64,000 bases of DNA. It comes from Bacteroidales bacterium (lineage in GTDB: Bacteria; Bacteroidota; Bacteroidia; Bacteroidales; JAFGUD01). The stretch covers positions 10,568-74,567 of the forward strand of contig JAFGUD010000510.1 of assembly GCA_016938685.1 (NCBI GenBank), written 5' to 3'. Shown here piece after piece: positions 18,027-27,802 of the stretch (position 1 is the stretch's first letter; each line of letters opens with the position of its first letter). The notes beneath the pieces are model-generated. The model worked only from the letters and a program-made list of their open reading frames with translations, searched no databases and was not told the origin of the DNA. The position numbers and the translations under genes are program-made.

Positions 18027-20081
18027 CTAATTGATAATAAGCTTTTTGCAAACATTCTTCGATTCGTTTTCTATCGTAACAAAATATATTCCCTGAGAAA
18101 AACCGTCTGTTGTAATTGTAATATTATCTGACTGATTTTCAAACAATTGATTAAAAACAATTCTCCCCGAAATATCTAAAATTGATATAAAAACATCTCC
18201 ATCTAACACTTCATCAAAATTAAGAATAAAATAGCCCAAATTTGTAGGGTTTGGATAAATAATTATTTTTTCTGCTAAATTTTCTTTATTTGAAATTGGT
18301 AATTCCGGGTCGGGTAAATTCAAATCTAACCATTCCAACCTGTCAACAATCCATGATTGCAAATTTTCAATTTCTTCATCGTAAGTATTTGCCAAAGGAC
18401 TTGGATTTGGCCAAACATATCTGCCCAAAATATTCCATTTTTCAAAATTCCGATATTGAGCTTCGTAAATCTCATTGCTAAAAGAATCAATAACTCCCAA
18501 TATGTTTTCGTCAGAAAGAACATTTTCCCTGAAAAAAGTCCACCGATTGTGCATATCGTAACAATAAATAGTATCCGTAAAAAACTTTTCCCACCAAAAA
18601 GGCGGCTGGTATCCGTCATTATCACACGGAAATTGAAAAGCCCAGCCAGAAACTGCTTCGGCATCGCAATAATTTGCATTGTGCCAAGCTATGTCAAAAT
18701 CCCAAACCGGTCCCATAATTATTTTTCCTCCATTGCTAAATTTATCTTTATGCAAAAATGTGCTAATTCTGTAACCGTCAACGTTTTTACTAATTTCATT
18801 AATAAAAAAATAATCCATAAAAGACTTATCGTCGGCATATTTCCTGAAACCAATTTCTGGATCAGCGTAATAAGTTGAATTTAAGGCTGTTTCAAAGCTA
18901 TCAACAACATAATTTTTGATATAATCTTTTTGTTCCTGAACAATGTCTATGCCTTTTGGATATTCGTATTGATAATAAATTATTTGTCCGTAAGGATGAT
19001 TTATAGGAAAAAAAGGAGAAACAAATCCACCTTCATCGCCGCCTGTTGTTTTGTCAATTTTAAGAATATAACCACCTGTAAGCTCATCGCCTGTTATTTC
19101 ATCGGGATTAAGTTTTGCAATATCAACTCTTCCTGCATCTCGTTTTATTTTTTCGGCAAACATATAAACACCTCTATAATGTCCATTAATAAACACTTCC
19201 ACAAATTTTGTTCTTGAAGCATAATTTCCCATTTGTCGGGATAATTCGTAAGAAAGAGCATTTCTCATCAAAGATTTATCAGAAAAATTGGCAATTAAGA
19301 CCCAATCTTCTTCCGCAGGCATTCCAAAAATAGAAACGCTCGTATCAACTCCAAATTCCTTGTAAGTTTCAATTCCATAACTCTTTTTCAACGAAACCCA
19401 TTGCGAACTGGAACCTCTTGTTTCAATACCTATATTTCCTTCAAAAGCCGGAATATCAGATAAATAATTCAAGTTTCCGTTTCCATTGTGGATTATTTGC
19501 ATAAAAGCATAAATTTTTGGTTCATCAGGAATTGTTTGTCCCAAAGTATTTATTAAAATAATAGGCAAATTAGAAGACTCAAAATTTACGGATCTAGATG
19601 GATTATCACTAAAATTTAAGCTCAAATCACTCAAAGAACCTGCGTTTCCGCTATGATTGACAATTTTCAAAGTCCAAATTCCGTTTCCTATTTGACCGTT
19701 GTTTAAATCTCCAATATTTTCGTCGGGTCTAAAATAATCAGAATATTCTCCCCACCCTTCATTTATATAAAAATATGCCTGATCATAGAAATAAGTATCG
19801 GTAAAAGCAGAACTATTTGTGCAACGATTTGCAAGAATAATTTCATTTCCATCGGGAGCCACTAAAAACAAAGTTAAATTGTAAGTATTATCGCAATTTA
19901 AGGATATTTTTAACCATTCTAAACCAAAAACAGTGTCGATTGTTGCAGGACTTAACCCGGAAACATCAATGCTAAAAAAAGACGTATCGGAAGGTGAAAT
20001 TGTTCCGGTATTTCCATTGAAAGTCTGACTATTCAACAGAATAGGAAGAAAAACAAATATCGCAAAAATTATTTTTTTCAT
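18027..20081 (-). CDS. CotH-family kinase-like protein with N-terminal P-domain-like module and T9SS C-terminal sorting domain
   Basis: Signal peptide; CotH-like core (FVEVFINGHYRGVYMFAEKIKRD...GPVWDFDIAW); C-terminal IIIYPNPTN...GIYFVTIENESKNVCKKLIIN. Confidence 0.75.
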   Translation of the reverse strand: MKKIIFAIFVFLPILLNSQTFNGNTGTISPSDTSFFSIDVSGLSPATIDTVFGLEWLKISLNCDNTYNLTLFLVAPDGNEIILANRCTNSSAFTDTYFYDQAYFYINEGWGEYSDYFRPDENIGDLNNGQIGNGIWTLKIVNHSGNAGSLSDLSLNFSDNPSRSVNFESSNLPIILINTLGQTIPDEPKIYAFMQIIHNGNGNLNYLSDIPAFEGNIGIETRGSSSQWVSLKKSYGIETYKEFGVDTSVSIFGMPAEEDWVLIANFSDKSLMRNALSYELSRQMGNYASRTKFVEVFINGHYRGVYMFAEKIKRDAGRVDIAKLNPDEITGDELTGGYILKIDKTTGGDEGGFVSPFFPINHPYGQIIYYQYEYPKGIDIVQEQKDYIKNYVVDSFETALNSTYYADPEIGFRKYADDKSFMDYFFINEISKNVDGYRISTFLHKDKFSNGGKIIMGPVWDFDIAWHNANYCDAEAVSGWAFQFPCDNDGYQPPFWWEKFFTDTIYCYDMHNRWTFFRENVLSDENILGVIDSFSNEIYEAQYRNFEKWNILGRYVWPNPSPLANTYDEEIENLQSWIVDRLEWLDLNLPDPELPISNKENLAEKIIIYPNPTNLGYFILNFDEVLDGDVFISILDISGRIVFNQLFENQSDNITITTDGFSQGIYFVTIENESKNVCKKLIIN

Positions 20082-20135
20082 ATTCTCATTTTTGACGTTT
20101 CAATGTTTTACGGAAGAAGAAAAATCTTCTATTTA

Positions 20136-21077
20136 TTAGCCTCTTTTTAACAAATTATCAAAATATTCAATAGTTTTAACCAAACCTTCGGCTAATTTTA
20201 TTTTAGGTTCCCAGTTAAGTTTTTCTTTTGCTAAATCAATATTTGGTTTACGTTGCAATGGATCGTCCTGAGGCAATGGGAAATAAACAATTTTTGATTT
20301 AGAATTTGTCATTTGAATCACTTTATCAGCTAATTCAATTATTTGAAATTCTTCTGGATTACCAAGATTAACAGGTCCGGTAAAATCATCAGGAGAACCC
20401 ATCATTTTTGTCATTCCTGCAACTAAATCATCTACATATTGAAAACTACGCGTTTGTGAGCCATCGCCATAAATCGTAATATCTTTATTTTGAAGTGCTT
20501 GCACAATAAAATTAGAAACAACACGTCCATCATGCGGGTGCATTCTTGGTCCGTAAGTATTAAAAATTCGTATTACTTTTATTTTCACGTTATTCTGACG
20601 ATGATAATCAAAAAAAACTGTTTCCGCAGCACGTTTTCCTTCGTCGTAACAAGCTCGCGGTCCAATTGGATTTACATTTCCACGATAAGACTCCGGTTGC
20701 GGATGAACCTCCGGGTCTCCATAAACTTCACTTGTTGATGCTTGTAGAATTTTAGCATTTATTCGTTTGGCAAGCCCAAGCATATTTATAGAACCCATTA
20801 ACGATGTTTTCAGGGTTTTTATTGGATTATACTGATAATGAATAGGAGAAGCAGGACAAGCTAAATTGTAGATTTCATCAACTTCGGCATAATAAGACGT
20901 TATAATATCGTGCCTCACAACTTCAAAGTAGTGATTATCAAGCAAATGCACAATATTTTGTTTACTCCCTGTAAAATAATTATCAAGGCAAATAACATCA
21001 TTTCCCTGTTTTAAAAGAGTTTCGCATAAATGTGAACCTATAAAACCTGCGCCACCAGTTACCAGTATTCTTTTCAT
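20136..21077 (-). CDS. UDP-glucuronate decarboxylase (UDP-xylose synthase), SDR family
   Basis: [17 protein letters not shown]...DNYFTGSK...YDEGKR, typical of the UXS subfamily; 313 aa. Confidence 0.85.
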   Translation of the reverse strand: MKRILVTGGAGFIGSHLCETLLKQGNDVICLDNYFTGSKQNIVHLLDNHYFEVVRHDIITSYYAEVDEIYNLACPASPIHYQYNPIKTLKTSLMGSINMLGLAKRINAKILQASTSEVYGDPEVHPQPESYRGNVNPIGPRACYDEGKRAAETVFFDYHRQNNVKIKVIRIFNTYGPRMHPHDGRVVSNFIVQALQNKDITIYGDGSQTRSFQYVDDLVAGMTKMMGSPDDFTGPVNLGNPEEFQIIELADKVIQMTNSKSKIVYFPLPQDDPLQRKPNIDLAKEKLNWEPKIKLAEGLVKTIEYFDNLLKRG

Positions 21078-21251
21078 AATTTTGTAGTAAATAATTTTGT
21101 GATAAGTTGAAAGTTAAACAGATGCGTATAACCTTATAAATTTTTAAACTTGAGAACTTTCTAACTGCCATGCAAAGTTAAAAAAAAAACGGAAGCTTGA
21201 TTGTTTGAAAATGATTTTATATTTTTATCTCAAAATTCAAACTTATAATCA

Positions 21252-21629
21252 ATGAATTTAAGAACCCAAACAAAATATGCCGTTTATACTATTTCAGTTT
21301 TGATAGCTTCATTTATGAGATTGGTTGTTGGAAAAATTATAAGTCGGTACATAAACGAAGCTTCGTATTTGTCAGTTCTGATAGACATGTTGGTAATAAT
21401 TCTGGTTTTTATCCCCGTCATAAGAATATTTGAAAAATTCACGATGAAGGCAACAAAAACCTATTTAGATTCAGCAAAAAAAATCTCAAAAAACAAAAGA
21501 AAAGGACTTTGGTGGGCATTATTTTTTGCATTTTTTGTAATGTTTATACTTTTTGCAATAGTGAAATATAATCTAAATTTCATCAAAGATGCTTTTGAAT
21601 ACTTTAAACTGTTATTTGGGCAAACTTAA
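21252..21629 (+). CDS. Hypothetical small membrane protein (about 3 TM helices)
   Basis: 125-aa ORF with hydrophobic segments; no recognised family. Confidence 0.45.
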   Translation: MNLRTQTKYAVYTISVLIASFMRLVVGKIISRYINEASYLSVLIDMLVIILVFIPVIRIFEKFTMKATKTYLDSAKKISKNKRKGLWWALFFAFFVMFILFAIVKYNLNFIKDAFEYFKLLFGQT

Positions 21630-21728
21630 TTTTTCATAATTCAGACTCAATATTTAACATAAAAAAATCAAATTTGAAAAATTAAGTGATTTTAATGCAA
21701 CAATTACCTAAGAAGACAATAATTTTCT

Positions 21729-22928
21729 CTATTTAAAATCTAAAAGAAAATTTTCTAATATGATATGCTTAACCCCTTTATATGTATTTGGAGTTTGAAA
21801 ATCATCATAAGAAATTACATATTTAGGATAATTATCTTTGATTTCCAACAAGTTTCCAAATTCACGTTTTATTGTAGAGTCATCATTGAGTAAATATGCT
21901 ACTTGAAAGTATGATGTTTCATTATCTTTTTGAGCGATAAAGTCAATTTCTTTTTTTTGATTTTGTCCTACAAACACTTCATAACCTAAAATTAAAAGGT
22001 GATTATAAACAGCATTTTCAATATTCTTATTTATTTGATTAGGCTTAAAACCTGTTAAGGCATTTCTTATTCCTAAATCCTCGAAATATAATTTTTCTCC
22101 AATTTCAAAGATTCGTTTCCCTTGAATATCATATCTTTTAGCATTATTAATAAAAAACGCCTCCAAAAGATAATTGATATAAGAAGATACAACAGGAACT
22201 GATTTTTTCATGTTCTGAGATTTTAAAAAATCACTGATATTTTTAACAGAAAATAAACAGCCTGTGTTGTCTGCTAAAAATTCAATTAGATTCTCCAAAA
22301 AAGTAACATCTCTTATTTTGTGTCTCGTAATTATATCTCTAAATAAAATTGTAGCATAAATATTTTTTAGATATTCTGAAACAACAAGTTTTTCACTCTG
22401 TAAGTTTATTAAAAAAGGTAAACCGCCATAAGTCAAATAATTAAACAAATTTTCTTTTGAGCTTTTCTTATCATGAAATATTAAATATTCTGAATAAGAT
22501 AATGGATGTATTCTAATTAAAATTTGACGACCACTTAGTAATGTTGCAAACTCGCCAGAAAGCACAGTAGCATTACTCCCTGTACAATAAATATCAAAAT
22601 CTTCACGTCTTAGCAAACTTCTAAGAGCTTTTTCAAAATCGTCAATCTCCTGAATTTCATCTATAAATAAATAGTTCATTCCATTTTTTTGTTGGCTCTC
22701 AACATACAACATCAAGTCATCATAAGTTTTTATCTTATCAAATTCATGCAATTCTTTATCAATTAGTATAAAATTTGCTTCCGGATTCTGTTCTTTCAAA
22801 AATTCTAAAATCTGTTTTAGCATAAAACTTTTCCCAACTCTTCTTTGCCCTATCAACACTTTTATCAATTGTTTGTTTACAAAAGGTACGATTCTATCTA
22901 GATATATTGGACGAATTATGTTTTTCAT
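21729..22928 (-). CDS. AAA-family ATPase with DUF4143 C-terminal domain (COG1373 type)
   Basis: Walker A GQRRVGKS and Walker B YLFIDEIQ; C-terminal region with a nuclease-fold-like EIDFI motif; 399 aa. Confidence 0.8.
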   Translation of the reverse strand: MKNIIRPIYLDRIVPFVNKQLIKVLIGQRRVGKSFMLKQILEFLKEQNPEANFILIDKELHEFDKIKTYDDLMLYVESQQKNGMNYLFIDEIQEIDDFEKALRSLLRREDFDIYCTGSNATVLSGEFATLLSGRQILIRIHPLSYSEYLIFHDKKSSKENLFNYLTYGGLPFLINLQSEKLVVSEYLKNIYATILFRDIITRHKIRDVTFLENLIEFLADNTGCLFSVKNISDFLKSQNMKKSVPVVSSYINYLLEAFFINNAKRYDIQGKRIFEIGEKLYFEDLGIRNALTGFKPNQINKNIENAVYNHLLILGYEVFVGQNQKKEIDFIAQKDNETSYFQVAYLLNDDSTIKREFGNLLEIKDNYPKYVISYDDFQTPNTYKGVKHIILENFLLDFK

Positions 22929-22956
22929 TTTTCTTAATTTATATTTTAATCTTTTG

Positions 22957-22964
22957 CAAATATA
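22957..22964 (-). promoter_or_regulatory. -7 box TATATTTG upstream of the AAA ATPase gene
   Basis: Plus-strand caaatata, 29 nt upstream of start 22928. Confidence 0.5.
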
Positions 22965-23027
22965 TTAAAAGTTTAAAATATACTATAAACTTTTTTAAAA
23001 AATTATTTTCCTTAAAATATAAGCAGA

Positions 23028-23058
23028 TAAAAAAAGCCTATTGAAAAATCAACAGGCT
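23028..23058 (-). terminator. Rho-independent terminator after ugd
   Basis: Stem gcctattga (23036-23044) / tcaacaggc (23049-23057) with one mismatch, followed on the minus strand by a T-run (A-run 23028-23035 on the plus strand). Confidence 0.7.
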
Positions 23059-23098
23059 ATCATTATTTAATTACGAAGAGACTTAAGTATTTTATTAA

Positions 23099-24418
23099 TT
23101 ATATTCTCCTACCAATTCCATAATAAACAAAACCATTTTCCATTACTTCTTTGGGTTCATAAATATTTCTACCATCAAAAATAACTTTTTCTTTTACAAT
23201 TTTAGATAAAATGTTGTAATTCAACATCTTAAACTCATTCCACTCTGTTACCAACAAAACCGCATCGGCATCATTTGCAGCATCGTACTGGTCTTTTGAA
23301 TATTCAATAACATCACCAATTCTACGTTTAGTTTCTGGCATAGAAACAGGATCGTAACCTTTTACTTTTGCTCCGGCTTCGATAAGTTTTTCAATAATAA
23401 CTAACGCCGGTGCTTCGCGCATATCGTCTGTGTTTGGTTTAAAAGCTAAACCCCAAAGTGCAATTGTTTTTCCTTTTATATCACCATTAAAATGAACTAA
23501 AAGTTTGTCAACAAGAATGCTTTTTTGAGCATCATTTACGTCTTCAACAGATTGAATAACATTCATTGGAACTCCATTTTCATTACCTGTTCTGATAAGA
23601 GCTTTTACGTCTTTTGGAAAACAAGATCCGCCATAACCAGTACCTGCGTACAAAAATTTGCTTCCAATACGAGTATCAGAGCCAATTCCGCGACGAACAC
23701 TGTTTACATCTGCTCCAACTTTTTCACACAACTGAGCAATTTCGTTCATGAAACTGATTCTGGTTGCCAACATTGCATTTGCAGCGTATTTTGTTAGTTC
23801 AGCCGAAGGAATATCCATGAATAAAATCGGATGATTATTCAACAAAAATGGTTTGTAAAGCTTTCGCATTACCTCTGTTGCTTGTTCTGTATCAGTTCCA
23901 ATTACAATTCTGTCGGGTTTCATAAAATCAAGAATTGCGTCACCTTCTTTTAAAAATTCAGGATTTGAGGCAACATCAAATTTATAATCAACACCTCTTT
24001 TGTCTAATTCTGCCTGCAAAGCTCCACGAACTTTCTCTGCTGTGCCAACAGGAACTGTACTTTTAGTTACAACAACCATATAATGATCCATTGTTTTTCC
24101 TATGCTTCGGGCAACTTCAAGAACATATTTTAGGTCAGCACTTCCGTCTTCGTCAGGAGGTGTACCAACGGAAATAAAAGCAACATCAGCACCAACAATG
24201 CTTTCATTAATATCTGTTGAGAACCAAAGTCTTTTTTTCTCAACATTTTTTTCGATCATGGCATCTAAACCGGGTTCGTAAATAGGAACGATTCCGTTTT
24301 TTAAATTGTCAATTTTTTGTTGGTCAATATCAACACAACATACATTAACTCCTGTTTCGGCAAAACATGTGCCCGTAACAAGTCCAACGTATCCTGTTCC
24401 AACTACTGAAATTTTCAT
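23099..24418 (-). CDS. ugd: UDP-glucose 6-dehydrogenase
   Basis: MKISVVGTGYVGLVTG (NAD fold) and catalytic GGSCFPKD; 439 aa. Confidence 0.92.
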   Translation of the reverse strand: MKISVVGTGYVGLVTGTCFAETGVNVCCVDIDQQKIDNLKNGIVPIYEPGLDAMIEKNVEKKRLWFSTDINESIVGADVAFISVGTPPDEDGSADLKYVLEVARSIGKTMDHYMVVVTKSTVPVGTAEKVRGALQAELDKRGVDYKFDVASNPEFLKEGDAILDFMKPDRIVIGTDTEQATEVMRKLYKPFLLNNHPILFMDIPSAELTKYAANAMLATRISFMNEIAQLCEKVGADVNSVRRGIGSDTRIGSKFLYAGTGYGGSCFPKDVKALIRTGNENGVPMNVIQSVEDVNDAQKSILVDKLLVHFNGDIKGKTIALWGLAFKPNTDDMREAPALVIIEKLIEAGAKVKGYDPVSMPETKRRIGDVIEYSKDQYDAANDADAVLLVTEWNEFKMLNYNILSKIVKEKVIFDGRNIYEPKEVMENGFVYYGIGRRI

Positions 24419-24420
24419 AT

Positions 24421-24588
24421 TATTAAGTTTATTAAGTTTATAAAGTTATCGAGTTAATCAGTTATCGAGTTAACCAGTTTGCCAGTTAACCAGTTATCGA
24501 GTTAACCAGTTTACCAGTTTACCAGTTAACCGGTGTTTAGTTTATAGTTAATTTTCAAATCACCAAATTTTCAAATCATCAAATCAAA
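24421..24588. repeat. Tandem mosaic: 2 nonamers (gtttattaa gtttataaa), about 12 GTT-anchored octamers (gttatcga/gttaacca/gtttacca...), 4 CAAAT-anchored octamers
   Basis: Read directly. Starts 3 nt from the ugd start codon (24416-24418) and extends to the distal -7-like box. Confidence 0.9.
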
Positions 24589-24592
24589 AATA
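24585..24592 (-). promoter_or_regulatory. -7-like box TATTTTTG at the distal edge of the repeat array upstream of ugd
   Basis: Plus-strand caaaaata. If used, the whole array would be a ~165-nt 5' leader. Confidence 0.35.
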
Positions 24593-24721
24593 TAGTATTT
24601 GAAAACCATTAATTTAAACTATTCTACAAAAATGGTTAAATTTTATTTTTTAACAAATTTGCGATAAATAATTAAACTTAAAAATGACAAAAATCGTATT
24701 GATAATTGCGAAAAATCAGGT

Positions 24722-24757
24722 ATAAAAAAACCCGCAACTTTTTAGAAGCGGGTTTTA
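24722..24757 (-). terminator. Rho-independent terminator after the COG2403/CPGS-like gene
   Basis: Stem cccgc (24731-24735) / gcggg (24748-24752), extended by A/T pairs. T-run follows on the minus strand. Confidence 0.8.
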
Positions 24758-24780
24758 AATTATAAATTATCAACTGTAAT

Positions 24781-26115
24781 TTATTTTACATATTTTGCAA
24801 CAAATTCGTCAATAACTTGTGTTAAATTAGGCTCACCAATTTCTTGAAGATCATAATATACACGTGTATTTGGTTTGTTGATTTTAATAATACGGTTCAA
24901 GTCAATTGGAGTACCAATAACTACTGAGTCACAATCTGTATTGTTGATTGATTTTTCAAGGTCAGCAACTTGTTGGTCACCATAACCCATTGCAGGAAGA
25001 AGAGTTCCAATATTTGGATAAATTTTGAAAGTTTCTGCCAATTTTCCAACAACAAAAGGACGAGGATCTACTAATTCAGCAGCACCGAATTTTTTAGCAG
25101 CAACAGTACCTGCCCCAATTTTCATTTCGCCGTGAGTTAGAGTTGGTCCGTCTTCTACAACTAATACGCGTTTTCCTTTAATAAGCTCAGGATTATCAAC
25201 TTTAATAGGAGAAGCTCCGTCGATTACAATTGCATTTGGATTAATTTTAGCGATATTGTCACGAACTTTTTGGATTTTTTTAGGAGCAGCAGTTTCCATT
25301 TTGTTGATAACTATTACGTCAGAAATACGCATCATTGTTTCACCAGGGTAATAAGAAACTTCGTGTCCCGGTCTGTGTGGGTCAGCAACACAAACAGTTA
25401 AATCAGGTTTGTAGAATGGGAAGTCGTTATTTCCACCGTCCCAAAGAACAACATCACAACCATCAGGATCGTTTTCAGCAGCGCGAACGATTGCTTCATA
25501 ATCAACACCAGCATAAATTACGTTTCCACGAACTACGTGTGGTTCATACTCTTCCATTTCTTCGATTGTACATTTGTGAAGTTTTAAATCTTCAACAGTT
25601 GCAAAACGTTGAACTTTTTGAGCTACTAAATCACCATAAGGCATTGGGTGACGAACAGCAACAACTTTTAGTCCTTTTTCCATCAATAATTCGATGATTC
25701 TACGAGAAGTTTGGCTTTTGCCACAACCTGTACGAACAGCACCAACAGCAATAACAGGTTTTGTGCTTTTTACCATAGTTTCTTTTGTACCAAGAAGAAT
25801 AAAATCAGCTCCGGCAGCATTAACTTGTGCACTAATATTCATTACTCTTTTGTAAGGAACATCACTGTATGAAAATACACATTGGTCAACATCATGTTCT
25901 TTGATTATTTTTTCCAAATCACCTTGATCGAAAATTGGAATACCTGCAGGATATAATTTTCCGGCTAATTCAGCAGGATATTTACGACCATCAATGTCAG
26001 GAATTTGAGCAGCTGTAAAAGCAACTACGTTGAATGCTTCGTTATCTCTGTAATAAGTGTTAAAATTGTGGAAATCTCTACCGGCTGCGCCGATAATAAC
26101 TACATTTTTTTTCAT
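24781..26115 (-). CDS. Cyclic 2,3-diphosphoglycerate synthetase-like protein / COG2403 predicted P-loop NTPase
   Basis: N-terminal Rossmann-like VVIIGAAGRDFHNFN; P-loop VRTGCGKSQT; 444 aa. Family assignment is from memory of this architecture. Confidence 0.65.
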   Translation of the reverse strand: MKKNVVIIGAAGRDFHNFNTYYRDNEAFNVVAFTAAQIPDIDGRKYPAELAGKLYPAGIPIFDQGDLEKIIKEHDVDQCVFSYSDVPYKRVMNISAQVNAAGADFILLGTKETMVKSTKPVIAVGAVRTGCGKSQTSRRIIELLMEKGLKVVAVRHPMPYGDLVAQKVQRFATVEDLKLHKCTIEEMEEYEPHVVRGNVIYAGVDYEAIVRAAENDPDGCDVVLWDGGNNDFPFYKPDLTVCVADPHRPGHEVSYYPGETMMRISDVIVINKMETAAPKKIQKVRDNIAKINPNAIVIDGASPIKVDNPELIKGKRVLVVEDGPTLTHGEMKIGAGTVAAKKFGAAELVDPRPFVVGKLAETFKIYPNIGTLLPAMGYGDQQVADLEKSINNTDCDSVVIGTPIDLNRIIKINKPNTRVYYDLQEIGEPNLTQVIDEFVAKYVK

Positions 26116-26375
26116 AATTATTAAATTAAAAAGTTATTAATGTTTGTAAAGCTTGTAAAGAATATAATTCTACTTTTCCATTCTTCAACGTTATACTTTA
26201 CAAACTTCCAACTATGTTTCATGACAAAATTAAAGATTTTAAACAAATTCCAAATTTTATTAAATATTTTTAAAATAAAAACAAATAAAATACTGATAAT
26301 CAATAGATTAAATTAAAATGTTTTTAAGCTATTTAATACATGAGTAAAGTCATTTATCAATTTGGCAATAAGCTG

Positions 26376-26415
26376 ATTTGACGATTTTATAATTTGATGA
26401 TTTTAAAATTTAACA
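26376..26415. repeat. Short degenerate octamer run (atttgacg attttata atttgatg attttaaa atttaaca)
   Basis: Read directly. Five ATTT-anchored units. Confidence 0.6.
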
Positions 26416-26466
26416 AACGGAAAAATCAATTTTATATTAAGGAAGAAAATTATTGGTAAACTTTTC

Positions 26467-26474
26467 TACATTTG
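26467..26474 (+). promoter_or_regulatory. -7 box TACATTTG upstream of the MFS transporter gene
   Basis: 19 nt upstream of ATG 26493. Argues against the ORF-track TTG start at 26472. Confidence 0.5.
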
Positions 26475-26492
26475 CGGCGAAAATTTAACCGC

Positions 26493-27773
26493 ATGTTTTC
26501 AGCAAAAAACCTTACACCGGAGGAGAGCAAAACTTTCAAACTGCATGTCATTTATTCAATAATCGACGGAATTTTGTACGGAATACTGGCATTAAATGAA
26601 TTTATTTTGTTAAAAAGTCTGAAAGGAGCTGATTATCAAGTAGGTTTTTTGTTTATGTTACCTAATGTAGTATTACTTTTTGCTATTGTTTTTAATGAAC
26701 TCATAAAACGTACAGCACAGAAAAAAAAATTTCTAAATATTTTTACTGTTGTTACTCGCCTTCCTCTGCTGCTTGTGCTGTTTTTTCCAAATGATTTGAA
26801 AGAAATTACTGTTTTTCACCAATATACTTTTCTATTCATTTTGTTGATTTATTATTTTTCGACACCTGTTATTTTGCCAATGATAAACCTTTTTCTGAAA
26901 CAGGTTTACACACACAAAAACTTCGGAAAAATGTACAGTATTGCAACTTCGATAAGCAAAATTGCAGCTCTATTCAGCACTTTTTTTGCAGGTTTGATTC
27001 TGGATATTAACCAAATGTATTTTAGGCAATTATATATTGTTATGGCTGTCGGCGGAATAGCTTCTATTTTTATTCTAACACGTATTGATTTTCAAGACAG
27101 AACTCCTATTATCAAAAACACCATTTTAAAATCAATTGGTAAGTCTCTGAAAAGAATGAAGGATATTCTGGTGTCAAACAAACCTTTTTTACACTTTGAA
27201 ATAGGTTTTATGTTATATGGTCTTGCCTTTTTGACCACGAGCGGTGTAATTTCAGTTTTTCTAAATTCTCTTGACTTAAATTATTCATCTTTAGCTTTTT
27301 ACAAAAACGGGTACAATACAATAAACATTTTACTTTTGCCATTTTTCGGGAGACTAATCGGCAGAATTGACCCGAGAAAATTTGGAATTATTACATTTTC
27401 GTCACTTGCCGGATTTTTATTCTTTTTGTTTGTAACTACTTTTTTTGACGCTTATTTTGAGGTATGGAAAATTAAAGTCTATTATTCATTGCTGATTTCT
27501 TATGCATTCTATGGCGTTTTTTCTGCCACAATGGGACTTTTGTGGTTTATAGGTTCGGCATATTTCTCCAAAAACGAAGAAGCTGCCGATTATCAATCAA
27601 TTCATCTTTCGCTAACAGGAGTCAGAGGAACTTTTGCTCCGCTTGTTGGAATTTATTTTTACTTATTAATTGATTTTGGCGGTGTTTTTTTGATGGGTAT
27701 AGGATTTTTGAGTCTTGCTATACTAACATTGTTTATTTCTTTGAAACAAAGCAATCGAGTGTATAGTAATTAA
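26493..27773 (+). CDS. MFS-type transporter
   Basis: About 12 hydrophobic segments; ~426 aa from the first ATG. Confidence 0.7.
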   Translation: MFSAKNLTPEESKTFKLHVIYSIIDGILYGILALNEFILLKSLKGADYQVGFLFMLPNVVLLFAIVFNELIKRTAQKKKFLNIFTVVTRLPLLLVLFFPNDLKEITVFHQYTFLFILLIYYFSTPVILPMINLFLKQVYTHKNFGKMYSIATSISKIAALFSTFFAGLILDINQMYFRQLYIVMAVGGIASIFILTRIDFQDRTPIIKNTILKSIGKSLKRMKDILVSNKPFLHFEIGFMLYGLAFLTTSGVISVFLNSLDLNYSSLAFYKNGYNTINILLLPFFGRLIGRIDPRKFGIITFSSLAGFLFFLFVTTFFDAYFEVWKIKVYYSLLISYAFYGVFSATMGLLWFIGSAYFSKNEEAADYQSIHLSLTGVRGTFAPLVGIYFYLLIDFGGVFLMGIGFLSLAILTLFISLKQSNRVYSN

Positions 27774-27802
27774 GTTGTCGATTTGTTGAAATCAATGCTA
27801 GT

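Noticed and set aside
21078-21130. Possible further repeat array (aattttgt agtaaata attttgtg ataagttg aaagttaa) upstream of the UDP-xylose synthase gene
   Set aside because: Only a weak 16-nt echo of aattttgt is present, with no sustained phase. I could not distinguish it from AT-rich background by eye.
26121-26303. 60-aa ORF in the AT-rich region upstream of the CPGS-like gene
   Set aside because: Ile/Phe/Lys/Asn-rich composition, as expected from random AT-rich sequence; no promoter box or conserved motif.
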